64,000 bases of DNA from Eledone cirrhosa. Lineage: Eukaryota. The notes under the pieces were generated by a model. The model was not told the DNA's origin. It did no database searches and saw nothing but the letters and a program-made list of their open reading frames with translations. Where the stretch lies: positions 29,760,001 through 29,824,000 of the forward strand of contig OZ024759.1 in the NCBI GenBank assembly GCA_964016885.1. Reading direction: 5' to 3'. A program made the position numbers and the translations under genes. Positions 41,298-53,047 of the stretch are shown piece after piece. Positions within the stretch are counted from its first letter, which is position 1. Each line of letters opens with the position of its first letter.

Positions 41298-41826
41298 GCA
41301 CTGTGTTGTAGAGATATGGGCAGCAAATAGCGGTATCTGTAATAGTATATTTAGATATATTAGAGGTGACACTGCGTCGTAGAGGTGTGCAGCAAATAAT
41401 GGCACCTGTAATAGTATATATAGAATATATTAGAGATGACACAATGGTGATATTGTGACACAGTGTCGGAGATATGGGCAGCAAATAGGGGCACCTGCAA
41501 TAGTATATATAGATATATTAGAGGTGACACTGTGACACTGTGTCAGAGATATGGCCAGAAAATAATGGCACCTGTAATAGTATATATAGATATATTAGAG
41601 ATGACACCATGTCACACTGTGTCATAGAGATATGGGCAGCAAATAATGGCACCTGTTATAGTATATATATAATATATTAGAGGTGACACTGTGCCATAGA
41701 GGTGTGCAACAATTGAGGTGTGCAGCAATTAATGGCACCTGTAATATTTTATACAGAATATATTAAAGGTGACACTGTGTTGTAGATATGTCCAGCAATT
41801 AATGGCACCTGTAATAGTATATATAA
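41298..41826 (-). repeat. Tandem array (about 70-90-bp units) copying the exon B acceptor and exon start
   Basis: Seven units of ACTATTACAG|GTGCCATTATTTGCTGC.CA..TCT...ACACAGTG, compared with the real ACTGTTGCAG|GTGCCATTATTTGCTGCACACCTCTACGATGCAGTG. Confidence 0.9.
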
Positions 41827-41829
41827 ATG

Positions 41830-42410
41830 AAGGCGCATGGCTTAGTGGTTAGAGCATTGGGCTTGCAATCAAAAGGTTGTGAGTTCAATTCTCGGACCGG
41901 GTGATGTGTTGTTTCCTTGAGCAAGACACTTTATTTCACATTGCTCCAGTTTACTCAGCTGTAGAAATGAGAGGATAGGACTGGGGTCCCTATCATTCCA
42001 CTGCAAAAAAGCACCCAGCACTCACTATAAAGTGGATGTGTAGGCACCACGGGAAAAAAAAGAACCCAGCACTCACTATAAAGTGGATGTGTAGGCACCA
42101 CGGGAAAAAAAAGAACCCAGCACTCACTATAAAGTGGATGTGTAGGCGCCACGGGAAAAAAAAGTACCCAGCACTCACTATAAAGTGGATGTGTAGGCGC
42201 CACGGGAAAAAAAAGAACCCAGCACTCACTGTAAATGAGGTTGGTGTTAGGAAGGGCATCCAGCTGTAGAAATCAAGCCAGAATCAGTTCCCGTATGAGC
42301 AAGACAAGGTCAGCTGACCGGACACTGCCCACAACAGGACAACCCGTCTAACCCATGCTAGCGTGGAAGAACGGACGTAAAACGGTGATGATGATGATGA
42401 TGATGATGAT
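41830..42410 (+). mobile_element. Full-length tRNA-derived SINE (CCTTGAGCAAGACACTT core) with RTE family-1 tail and internal 51-bp tandem repeat
   Basis: A box TGGCTTAGTGG and B box GAGTTCAATTC. The 3' about 190 bp is nearly identical to 47140-47334. About four copies of a 51-bp unit at 42005-42230. Confidence 0.88.
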
Positions 42411-42691
42411 ATATATTTAGTTAGTTAAAGTCTGTTCTAAGCTGAAGGTTCATCAGGCCGGGGTTTATCACTGGTTTCCTTGGAGTTAAGCTATTGAGAG
42501 TAGAAGACTCTCCCTGGATAGGACTCATACTGGTGATGATGATGTTGATGATGATGATGACATTGCTCCGGTATACTCAGCTGAGAGTGTATACCAGCAG
42601 TAGCCATCATCATCAGGACAATGATAGGCCTTGTAAATAACATTGTATTTCTTTCTTAGTCTCCTATTGGTGATACAAAAGCGTGACCAAA

Positions 42692-43428
42692 TAATAATTG
42701 TTTCTACTTTTGGCACAAGGCCAGCAATTATCTCAGTGTATTACTGGTACTTTATTTTATCGACCTCATAAGGATGAAAGGCAAAGTTAACCTTAGCGGG
42801 ATTTGAACTCAGACCATAAAGGGCTGTGACGCTTTGCTGCAAAGCATGGCGTCCGACCCTCTACCCATATTGCCAATCCACCACCCTTGTGTGACCTAAT
42901 AATAATTGTTTCTACTTTAGGCACAAGGTCAGCAATTACCCAGTGCATTACTGGTACTCTAATAATAATGATTTCTACTATAGGCACAAGGACAGTAATT
43001 TGGGGTGAGGGGAAAGTCAATTAAATCGACCCCAGTGCATTACTGGTACTTTATTTTATCGACACTGTAAGGATGAAAGACAAAGTTAACCTCGGCAGGA
43101 TTTGAACTCAGAACGTAAAGGGATGTAACTCTATGCTGCAAAGCATGGTGTCCGACTCTATACCAATACTGCCAATCCACCGCCCCAAACAAAATATAAA
43201 TAAATACAAAATAATTGTTTCTACTTTTTGGCACAAGGCCAGCAATCACCCAGTGCATTACTGGTACTTTATTTTATCGACCCCGTAAGGATGAAAGGTA
43301 AAGTTAACCTTGGCAGGATTTGAACTCAGAATGGCAAGGGCCGTAACTCTATGCATCAAGGCATGGCATCCGACCCTCTACCGATACTGCCAATCCACCG
43401 CTCTCTATATAAATAAATACAAAATAAT
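42692..43428 (-). mobile_element. Cluster of Nin-domain SINEs; the last copy has a 21-bp TSD
   Basis: Three to four copies. TATAAATAAATACAAAATAAT occurs on both sides of the last copy. Further copies at about 4232, 21385, 25845, 31200, 33035, 38115, 40575, 50960, 53640, 61550, 61838 and 63718. Confidence 0.8.
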
Positions 43429-43636
43429 GAGAGCTTTAAGTTACAAAGGATGAAAAATGGAAGATAGCAAACATGTCTGTTTTAGCGAGGTAGGATTAGG
43501 AAAATATCCATTGGAAAATCTCTGCATTTTGTTCATACCTTTTCGTGTTGCAAGCATTAAAACTGTATTTCATTGAAATCACTATACCGTTAGGGCAGAT
43601 TAAAAACATAGAAAATATATTTATTGTCAGTGTGTT

Positions 43637-43679
<43 letters not shown>

Positions 43680-43767
43680 GGTTGCATGGATATATATATA
43701 TATATATCCATGCAACCATCTTCTCTCTCTCTGAGAGTGAGAAATGAAATTTCGTTTCATTTTTTCC

Positions 43768-43881
<114 letters not shown>

Positions 43882-43882
43882 T

Positions 43883-43937
<55 letters not shown>

Positions 43938-44458
43938 AAATGGAAAAAATGAAACAAAATTTCATTTCTCACTCTTAGTACGGCTGTTACTTAAATGTAA
44001 GTATGTACACGTACATACATATATGTATACAGACGTACAGTAGTATGTATATATATACATACATGCACACATATATATATGTACGTATGGGTTTATCGAA
44101 CATTTATTATAATGCTCGGTTTGTTTGTAAATAAACAACACGAATTAAACCGTACAGTGTTTAGCAACCATCGTTGCCCTTTTGTTCAACACATACTTAT
44201 ATTATATATATATACACACATATACATATGTATATATATATATGGATATATGTAAATGTATATATGTATATATATATATATACACATACATGCATACATA
44301 CATAGATTTACATATATATATTACATGTATACATATATATATAAATATACTTATACATGCATATATACATTTACACATATGCAATATATATATGGATATA
44401 TATACATACCAATATATATATATTGCATATATATATATATATATTTATATATAGAAGG

Positions 44459-44509
44459 AGCTTCTACAGGACTAGTACTGTTTCATTCAGATGAAATCTT
44501 CAGGAAGCT
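44459..44509 (-). ncRNA. Type I hammerhead-like motif (CTAG-loop family)
   Basis: AGCTTC-CTGAAGA-T TTC atct GAA T-GAAA-CAG tactagtc CTG-TA-GAAGCT. Helix I is 6 bp; triplet GUA; helix II is closed by a non-canonical U.U. Confidence 0.65.
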
Positions 44510-44664
44510 TTCATCTGAATGAAACAGTACTAGTCCTGTAGAAGCTCCTTCTATAAAATAATAAAAAAATTTTACTCTGCCATGTATTGAGTACCTTACT
44601 TACTGTGGTTATCCCCGACTCAACCCGGGACCTACGTATATTTATATATATATATATATATTGC

Positions 44665-44695
<31 letters not shown>

Positions 44696-45043
44696 ACGAA
44701 GGAAATGTGGTAAGGAACCAGGTGGACCATAACACACCAAAGTACTCAATACTTAGGGTAGTAGAGTGGGTAATAGGAACGAGTAGGACCCCGACGACTG
44801 AGCTCAAGCCGTTTCGACGGCTAATTCTGGACAGATGGCTATACAACTGGTATAAAGACTATATATATACTGGCCATTGATGATGGTGAATATATTTAAC
44901 TGGTAGACTAGTCTTAAAGTACATACACTACAGTACAAAATTATTAGAAACATAACTACTTCAGCAGAAAACACCTGCTAACTGGTGTGTATGTGTATGT
45001 GTGTATGTGTGTGTGTGGGTGTGTATCTATACACAATAGATCA

Positions 45044-45081
<38 letters not shown>

Positions 45082-47334
45082 GTATACTTAGCTAGGAGGG
45101 AAGCAGAGGATAGAAAATTCAAGCATGTTTTACAACGTGAGGACCAGAAACAGGAGGTATTCAAGATTGCGAGGCAGTGTGTCAGAGATAGTTGTGATGT
45201 CATTGGAGAGAAGTGTATCCGGAATGATAAAGGTGAGCTTGCCCTCACAAGTGCTGAGAAGAAAGATGCATGGAAGAGTCATTATGATAGATTACTAAAT
45301 GAGGAGAATGCATGGGAAGAAGAGACCCTACCCCACATAGACCCTATAGAGGGACCAGCAGTACAAGTCAGCGGCAGCGTAGTAAGTAAGGCAATCAGAG
45401 ATATGAAGATAGGGAAGGCAACCGGTCCATCGGGTATAGCTGCCGAGATGCTGAAGGCATCTGGGTCTGTAGGTCACACTATAACCACACGTATCGTTAA
45501 CCAGGTAATACTAGAGGGGGCCATACCAAAAGATTGGTGCAGTAGCATCATTGTCAACTGCTACAAAGGTAAAGGCGATGCACTAGATAGAGGAAACTAT
45601 AGAGGTATAAAGTTGATGGACCAGGTCATGAAAGTAACAGAAAGAGTTATAGCACAGCTGATTAGGAACCGGGTGAATATAGACGAGATGCAATTTGGGT
45701 TTGTACCAGGGAAAGGCACCACTGATGCCCTCTTCCTTGTGAGGCAATTACAGGAAAAGTACCTAGCTAAAAGTAAGCCACTCTACTTGGCATTTGTCGA
45801 CCTTGAGAAAGCCTTTGACAGAGTTCCACGTGCAGTAATCTGGTGGGCTCTTAGAAAACTAGGAGTAGATGAATGGCTTGTGAAAGCGGTACAAGCCATG
45901 TATAGGGGAGCAGTCAGCAAAGTTAGGATTGGCAATGAGTATAGCGAGGAATTTAGCGTACAGGTTGGGGTCCACCAGGGCTCTGTTCTTAGCCCTCTCC
46001 TGTTCATCATAGTCCTGCAGGCAATAACGGAGGAGTTTAAGACCGGATGCCCATGGGAACTCCTGTATGCTGATGACCTCGCACTCATAGCTGAATCTAT
46101 GGTAGAACTAGAGAATAAATTCCAAACCTGGAAGCAGGGACTAGAGAGAAAGGGCCTCAAAGTCAACATGACAAAGACTAAGGCCCTTATAAGTAGACGA
46201 GAAAACAGAACCCAGATCCCCTCAGGGAAATGGCCTTGCTCAGTATGTAGGAAAGGTGTAGGTAGGAACTCCATTCTCTGCCCCAAATGCAAACAATGGG
46301 TACACAAGAGATGTAGCGGGATCTCAGGAAGCTTAATTAAGAATGTAGGATTCACATGCAGCAACTGTGCTGAAACAGCAAGCAAACAGCCACAGGAAAC
46401 AAGTACCACCAATCTCTGGGAGGGCCCTGTAGAAACAGTAGACAGCTTCTGCTACCTAGGTGACCGAATTAGCAACGGAGGTGGGTGCTCAGAAAGTACA
46501 ATAACTAGGGTAAGAACGGGATGGAAGAAGTTTAGGGAACTACTACCACTGCTAGCTGCAAAAGGCTTCTCCCTCAGAATGAAAGGCAGACTGTATGATG
46601 CGTGTATCCGAACAGCGATGTTGCATGGTAGTGAGACCTGGGCGCTGAAGGTGGAAGACTTACGTAGATTAGAGAGAAACGAAGCCTGCATGCTCCGATG
46701 GATGTGTAACAGTAATATACGTGAACGACAAAGCATAAAGGAATTGAGAGAGAGACTGAGCATAAGAGGAATCAAATGCTGCGTGCAGGAGAGGCGGTTA
46801 CGCTGGTATGGACATGTGATGCGTATGAAGGATGACAGCTGCATAAAAAGGTGCAGAGCACTAGAAGTTGATGGAAACCGCGGAGTGGGGAGACCCAAGA
46901 TGACTTGGGATGAGGTGATAAAAGCTGACCTTACCCAACTACACCTCTCAAAGTCAATGACACACGACCGTGACTTCTGGCGTCACGCAGTAATACAGGG
47001 TACCCGACCTCCCATGGGTACATGCTGAAGCATATAAACAATATGCCCCCACTCCCCCCACCGCAAGGTGGTCGTGGAGGTGCCACGGCAAAAAAGCACC
47101 CAGCCCACACTGTAAAGTGGACGTGTAGGCGCCACGAAAAAGCACCCAGCACTCACTGTAAATGAGGTTGGTGTTAGGAAGGGCATCCAGCTGTAGAAAT
47201 CAAGCCAGATCAGTTCCTGTATGAGCAAGGCATGGTCAGCCGACCAGACACTGCCCACAACAGGACAACCCGTCTAACCCATGCTAGCGTGGAAGAACGG
47301 ACGTAAAACGGTGATGATGATGATGATGATGATG
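45082..47334 (+). mobile_element. RTE-clade non-LTR retrotransposon, 5'-truncated (no APE endonuclease), with (GAT)n tail
   Basis: Frame open from about 45082 to the stop at 47028, followed by a 3' UTR and (GAT)n at 47312-47334. Confidence 0.95.
45403..47028 (+). CDS. RTE ORF: reverse transcriptase with PHD-like Cys/His insert and C-terminal RRLRWYGHV...GRPK..W region
   Basis: Motifs NYRGIKL, QFGF, FVDLEKAFDRV, GVHQGSVLSP, LLYADD, FCYLG, RRLRWYGHVMR. No stops. The frame continues about 107 codons upstream of the listed Met. Confidence 0.93.
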   Translation: MKIGKATGPSGIAAEMLKASGSVGHTITTRIVNQVILEGAIPKDWCSSIIVNCYKGKGDALDRGNYRGIKLMDQVMKVTERVIAQLIRNRVNIDEMQFGFVPGKGTTDALFLVRQLQEKYLAKSKPLYLAFVDLEKAFDRVPRAVIWWALRKLGVDEWLVKAVQAMYRGAVSKVRIGNEYSEEFSVQVGVHQGSVLSPLLFIIVLQAITEEFKTGCPWELLYADDLALIAESMVELENKFQTWKQGLERKGLKVNMTKTKALISRRENRTQIPSGKWPCSVCRKGVGRNSILCPKCKQWVHKRCSGISGSLIKNVGFTCSNCAETASKQPQETSTTNLWEGPVETVDSFCYLGDRISNGGGCSESTITRVRTGWKKFRELLPLLAAKGFSLRMKGRLYDACIRTAMLHGSETWALKVEDLRRLERNEACMLRWMCNSNIRERQSIKELRERLSIRGIKCCVQERRLRWYGHVMRMKDDSCIKRCRALEVDGNRGVGRPKMTWDEVIKADLTQLHLSKSMTHDRDFWRHAVIQGTRPPMGTC

Positions 47335-47459
47335 TAGGAGGTGAGTTTTATTGTAGTACAATAAAGCAATGCAGATATCGGATAAGAAGCACTCTACAGT
47401 TTGTGGGACTGGAGTATGCATAATATAAGATCAAAAGATGGTTAAAGGAGTTCCATATA

Positions 47460-47526
47460 TTTTATTATGCGCATTTCAAAAACAAACATCATCAAGCAAT
47501 AATATTTGTGTTTTCATCAGATAAAA
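47460..47526 (-). ncRNA. Type I hammerhead ribozyme (mirror copy in the left arm of the palindrome)
   Basis: Exact reverse complement of 47657-47723. Confidence 0.78.
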
Positions 47527-47656
47527 CAGGAGAACATGATATGAAGGCTAAAAAACACTTGTGGATAGTGCAGTTTTAAATCAACATATCTTGATATGTT
47601 GATTTAAAACTGCACTATCCACAAGTGTTTTTTAGCCTTCATATCATGTTCTCCTG

Positions 47657-47723
47657 TTTTATCTGATGAAAACACAAATATTATTGCTTGATGATGTTTG
47701 TTTTTGAAATGCGCATAATAAAA
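47657..47723 (+). ncRNA. Type I hammerhead ribozyme with palindromic helix III
   Basis: TTTTAT-CTGATGA-long helix II-GAA-ATGCGCAT-A-ATAAAA. Helix I is 6 bp; triplet AUA. Confidence 0.78.
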
Positions 47724-47865
47724 TATATGGAACTCCTTTAACCATCTTTTGATCTTATATTATATTTATATATATATATATATATATATACACAGGGTGT
47801 CCCAAAAATGAGTCCAGAATTAGCCGTCGAAACGGCTTGAGCTCAGCCGTCGGGGTCCTACTCGT

Positions 47866-47903
<38 letters not shown>

Positions 47904-48230
47904 CATATATATATATATATATATGAAAACCCACCAGACAGTCCCATACGAGCAAGACAAACAGTCTTGCCTCACGTGGGACAATTCCCGTCTAAACCCA
48001 TGCTAGCATGGAAGAGAGACGTTAAATGACGATGATGATGATGATGATGATATATATATACAATAAAACATTGAGGCATGAATTTATGTGTGTATATATA
48101 ACATTAATGCAAGAATTTATGTGTGTATATATATATATATATACATAAAAAAATATATATATATAAATTCATACACACGCACACATATATGTAAATATAT
48201 ATACATGCACATATATATGCATACACGCAT

Positions 48231-48279
<49 letters not shown>

Positions 48280-49491
48280 GATATGGTAGACGTTAAAGAT
48301 GATTGCGACTTCTTTGAGTACACCCATCGCCACCTCCACCACCATCTCCACCACCATCTCCAGCACCACCACCACCACGACCACCACCACCACCACCACC
48401 ACCACCACCATACATCTATCCATGACCTCTTAAATAACCTTTCATTCCAGCTACAGACCTGTATGATCTGTAGCATAGATGATAGAGAAAAGATGTGCCC
48501 TACATTGGATTGGTTGGGTCAGTTTGTGAAATGTCAGCTTCATGTATTCTCATGTCTTTTGTGACCAGAAATTGATTAGCAGATTTTTCTGCACACGACA
48601 CAGGTTGTCTCACCTGGTCTTGGGGAGAAAGATTATTGCATATTGTTGGTCTTTCATGTGATTTGAAGATAATGACATATCCAGATTTAAAAGTAGTATG
48701 TAACCAGATATACATATATTCTAAAAACTGGAAACTTCTGGGGTATTTTTTTTTCCTTTCGGATTTTGGATTCAAATGATTGACAAGATTTCAGCCAACC
48801 ATCATTTATTTGTGAAGGCGCAGGCTTAGTGGTTAGAGCATTGGGCTTGCAATCGAAAGGTTGTGAGTTCAATTCTCGGACCGTTTGACGTGTTGTTTCC
48901 TTGAGCAAGACACTTTATTTCATGTTGCTCCAGTTTACTCAGCTGTAGAAATGAGATGATAGGACAAGGGTCCCTATCATTAAATCACCCAAGATACCCC
49001 CGACGAGATATATCTTGGAGGAGGCCAGCTAAACCTGCATAGGTGTGAGCTGTAACAACAACAACAAAAACAACATCATTCATTTACCAAGTTGGGTAGA
49101 ACTTATGGAATTGGACCAAGGAAACAATGTTTCCATTGGTTTTTCAATTGCTAACATTATCTACTGGAGGCAACCCCTAGCAAAAAAGCCAACATGAAAT
49201 AAAGTGTCTTACTCAAGGATATAACGCATCATCCAGTCAGGGAATCAAACTCACAACCTCACGATTCTGAATTCAATTATCGAACCACTAAGCCTCGCTA
49301 TTAACGTGTAACATTAAAATTATGTACAAAGGTAGGTGAGAACAAGCAGACATAGTTAAGGCATAGTTAAGTACTTGCTGTTGTTATTTTTGTTGGTGAC
49401 CTTTTTGTCTGGGAGTCAAACTTGCAACATCATGATTGTGAATCCCATTTTCTAACCACTGATCCCTATGTCATGTGGCTTCACATTTGCT

Positions 49492-50166
49492 TTAACCCTT
49501 TAGCATTTCCATTACTCTATATATACAATTGTATTATCACAGTAAAGGTTTTACGTCATATAATTGTTTCTACTTTTGGCACAAGGCCAGCAATTACCCA
49601 GTGCATTACTGGTACTGGTTTTACGTCATATAATATCACATAATATCTAATCTACGAGATTTTGATATTATTTGTTTTGAGAACAATACCTAAACATCAG
49701 TTTGAACAGGAGGTGAGAGAATTCTGGCCGAATATAGATGGTTTAACCCTTTAACATTTCCATTACTCTATATTTACTATTGTATTTTCACGGTAAAGGC
49801 TTTACTTGACATAATATCTAATCTATGAGATTTTGATATTATTTATTTTGAAACAATACTTTAACATCAGTATGAGTGGTCAGTTACGGCCAGTTTCAAC
49901 AAAAGGAGGTGAGAGAATTCTGGCCGGATATGGCTGTTTTAACCCTTTAGCAATCACATTACTCTATATATACTATTGTATTTTCGCAGTAAAGTCTTTA
50001 TCTTACATAATATCTCACATAACACTGAATCTATGAGATTTTGATATTATTTATTTTTAGAACAATACCTTAGCATCAGTATGAGCAGCCAGTTATAGTT
50101 GGTTTCAACAGAAAGAGGTGAGAAAATTATGGACAGATACAGAGGATTAAAATACTAAAGAGTTAA
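49492..50166. mobile_element. Three tandem copies of the TTAA-bounded MITE
   Basis: TTAACCCTTTA.CA.T.C.ATTACTCTATAT starts recur at about 49492, 49743 and 49939. Confidence 0.7.
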
Positions 50167-50515
50167 CAAATTTTATATAAAATTATCCAAAGAAGGACTT
50201 TTTTTTTTAGATAAATTTAATTATATCTAAACAAGCATTTTCCTATTGTTTAAGAATCCCAGTGAGGCAGATGGCTATACAACTGGTATAAAGACTATAT
50301 ATATACTGGCCATTGATGATGGTGAATATATTTAACTGGTAGACTAGTCTTACACTACAGTACAAAATTATTAGAAACATAACTACTTCAGCAGAAAACA
50401 CCTGCTAACTGGTGTGTATGTGTATGTGTGTATGTGTATGTGTGTATGTGTGTGTATCTATACACAATAGATCAATATATATATATATTTATATATTTAT
50501 ATATATATATATATA

Positions 50516-50683
50516 CACAGGGTGTCCCAAATATGTATATACACTTCAACGACATTCTAATAAATGTGTATACATTTTTTGAGGACACCCTGTACATGTG
50601 TGTGTATATATATATATATATTTATATAGATATAACAACATTCTAATAAATATGTGTATACATTTTTTGGGGGCACCCTGTAC
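50516..50683. mobile_element. Tiny Tc1/mariner-type MITE with a duplicated right end
   Basis: CAGGGTGTCCC...GGACACCCTG|TA TIRs at 50517-50594, and a second right end at about 50640-50683. Confidence 0.65.
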
Positions 50684-50696
50684 ATGTGTGTGTGTG

Positions 50697-50760
<64 letters not shown>

Positions 50761-51614
50761 GTAAAAGGACATTAGGAAAATCTGCTTCATAGAATCAAGA
50801 CGTATCTAAGTCAAGAAATAGCTGTCGAAACAGCTTTACCTCAGCCGTCGGGGTCATACTTTTTCCTATTTCCCACTCTACTACCCTAAGTATTGAGTAC
50901 TCTGGTGCGTTATGGTCCATCTGGTTCCTTACCACAATTCCTTTGTTTTATATATATATATAATTGTTTCTACTTTAGGCACAAGGCCAGCAATTACCCA
51001 GTGCATTACTGGTACTTTATTTTATCGACCCCGTAAGGATGAAAGGCAAAGTCAACTTCGGCGGGATTTGAACTCAGATCGTAAAGGGATGTAACTCTAT
51101 GTCCAACTCTCTACCGATACTGCCAATCCACCGCCCTATATATATATATATAATAATTGTTTCTACTTTAGGCACAAGGCCAGCAATTACTGGTACTTTA
51201 TTTTATCGACCCCGTAAGGATGAAAGGCAAAGTCAACCTCGGCGGGATTATATATATATATAATAATAACATTAATAAAGATGCTGATGTTACATAAATC
51301 GTTTATTCATTATAATTATTTCAATGGTTCTCCCAAGCAATCCAAGATGTAATTCATGCATTTGCTGCTGTTATGAGAACGGTATCCTCAGATGAAATTT
51401 GATTTTTTCCTGCTGGCAGGATATCACAAAATCGAATTTCATCAGAGAATACCGTTCTCACAACAGCAGCAAATGCATGTTTTTCACTCTAGTGGTAATA
51501 TACCCCCTGTAATGAAAACACATTCTTTTCGTCTGTTCTCTCCTCTCTATATTATATATATATATATATATAATATATATATATATATTTATTTATGAAC
51601 AAGGAGGACAACGT

Positions 51615-52460
51615 AGGTTAGGCTAAAGTGTGGTTGAGCCAGGAAGGCAGTGGAGGTCAGGCTAAAGTGTGGTTGAGCCAGGAAGGCAGTGGAGGTCAGG
51701 CTAAAGTGTGGTTGAGCCAGCAAGGCAGTGGAGGTTAGGCTAAAGTGTGGTTGAGCCAGGAAGGTAGTGGAGGTCAGGCTAAAGTGTGGTTGAGCCAGGA
51801 AGGCAGTGGAGGTCAGGCTAAACTGTGGTTGAGCCAGGAAGGCAGTGGAGGTCATGCTAAAGTGTGGTTGAGCCAGAATGGTAGTGGAGGTCAGGCTAAA
51901 GTATGGTTGAGCCAGGATGGTAGTGGTGGTCAGGCTAAAGTGTGGTTGAGCCAGGAAGGCAGTGGAGGTCAGGCTAAAGTGTGGTTGAGCCAGGAAGATA
52001 ATGGAGATCAGGCTAAAGTGTGGTTGAGCCAGAATGGTATTGGAGGTCAGGCTAAAGTGTGGTTGAGCCAGGATGGTAGTGGAGGTCAAGCTAAAGTGTG
52101 GTTGAGCCAGGAAGACAGTGGAAGTCAGGCTAAACTGTGGTTGAGTCAGGGGATCAGTGGAAATGAGGCTAAACTGTGGTTGAGTCAGGGGATCAGTGGA
52201 AATCAGGCTAAACTGTGGTTTGAGTCAGGGGATCAGTGGAAATCAGGCTAAACTGTGGTTGAACCAGGAAGACCGTGGAGGTCAGGTTAAACTGTGGTTG
52301 ATCCAGGAAGACAGTGGAGGTCAGGCTAAACTGTGGTTGAGCCAGAAATGCAGTGGAGGTCAAGCTAAACTGTAGTTGAGCCAGAAAGGCAGTAAGTATT
52401 GCTCAATGGAGGTCAGGCTAAACTGTAGTTGAGCAGGGATAGTAGTGGAGGTCAAACTAG
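51615..52460. repeat. Minisatellite, 39-bp unit, about 21 copies
   Basis: GGAGGTCAGGCTAAAGTGTGGTTGAGCCAGGAAGGCAGT. Confidence 0.95.
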
Positions 52461-53011
52461 ACACCCAATCTGGAGCCACAATTGTGAATGGATGAGGTGG
52501 AGAGGTGGATAGCTATTCAGTTGAAAAAAAAAAAAAAAAAAAACTCAAAATTGCTACAGAAAAACAGATTTTGTATTTTACTATCAAAATAAAAACTTCT
52601 ATGAATCTCTCTCATCTTTGTAGTGTTTATTTGTGGGAAATCTAGAGCTAGTAACTCATTTTTACTTTATGTAAATATCTGTTGCATATTATATTCTAAT
52701 ACATTTCCTTATATGGGTGTTTATGTCAGTTTTCAACATATATATTATATTAACTATAACATTATGCGGAAACATTTTACAAGGCTTCTAGAGAAAAAAA
52801 GGAAAAAGTGGTATTGTTAACTGTGATAAATGCTTCTTTTAATGTTTATAGCACAGCTGCTTCTTAGATGTGGTCTCTACGCAATAGGTATCATTTGATA
52901 ACCAACTAATTATGATATACTGATATGACACCATATAACTATAGAAAGTTTAATACAGTTAGACTCATGTGTATATACATGAATCTGGGCATATGACTAT
53001 CTACTTCTATT

Positions 53012-53047
<36 letters not shown>

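Larger units (their letters stand above)
47420..47763. repeat. Perfect palindrome, 171-bp arms, 2-nt loop
   Basis: Centre CAACATATC-TT-GATATGTTG at 47591-47592. Confidence 0.95.

Noticed and set aside
44775-44832. Hammerhead in the CCGACGA...GTTTCGAC repeat
   Set aside because: The two core halves are on opposite strands; only a simple hairpin AGCCGT-CGAA-ACGGCT is supportable.
48420-48780. Possible extra exon in unique sequence (ORF 48500-48775)
   Set aside because: No recognisable homology, and exons A and B already join in frame with the expected spacing.
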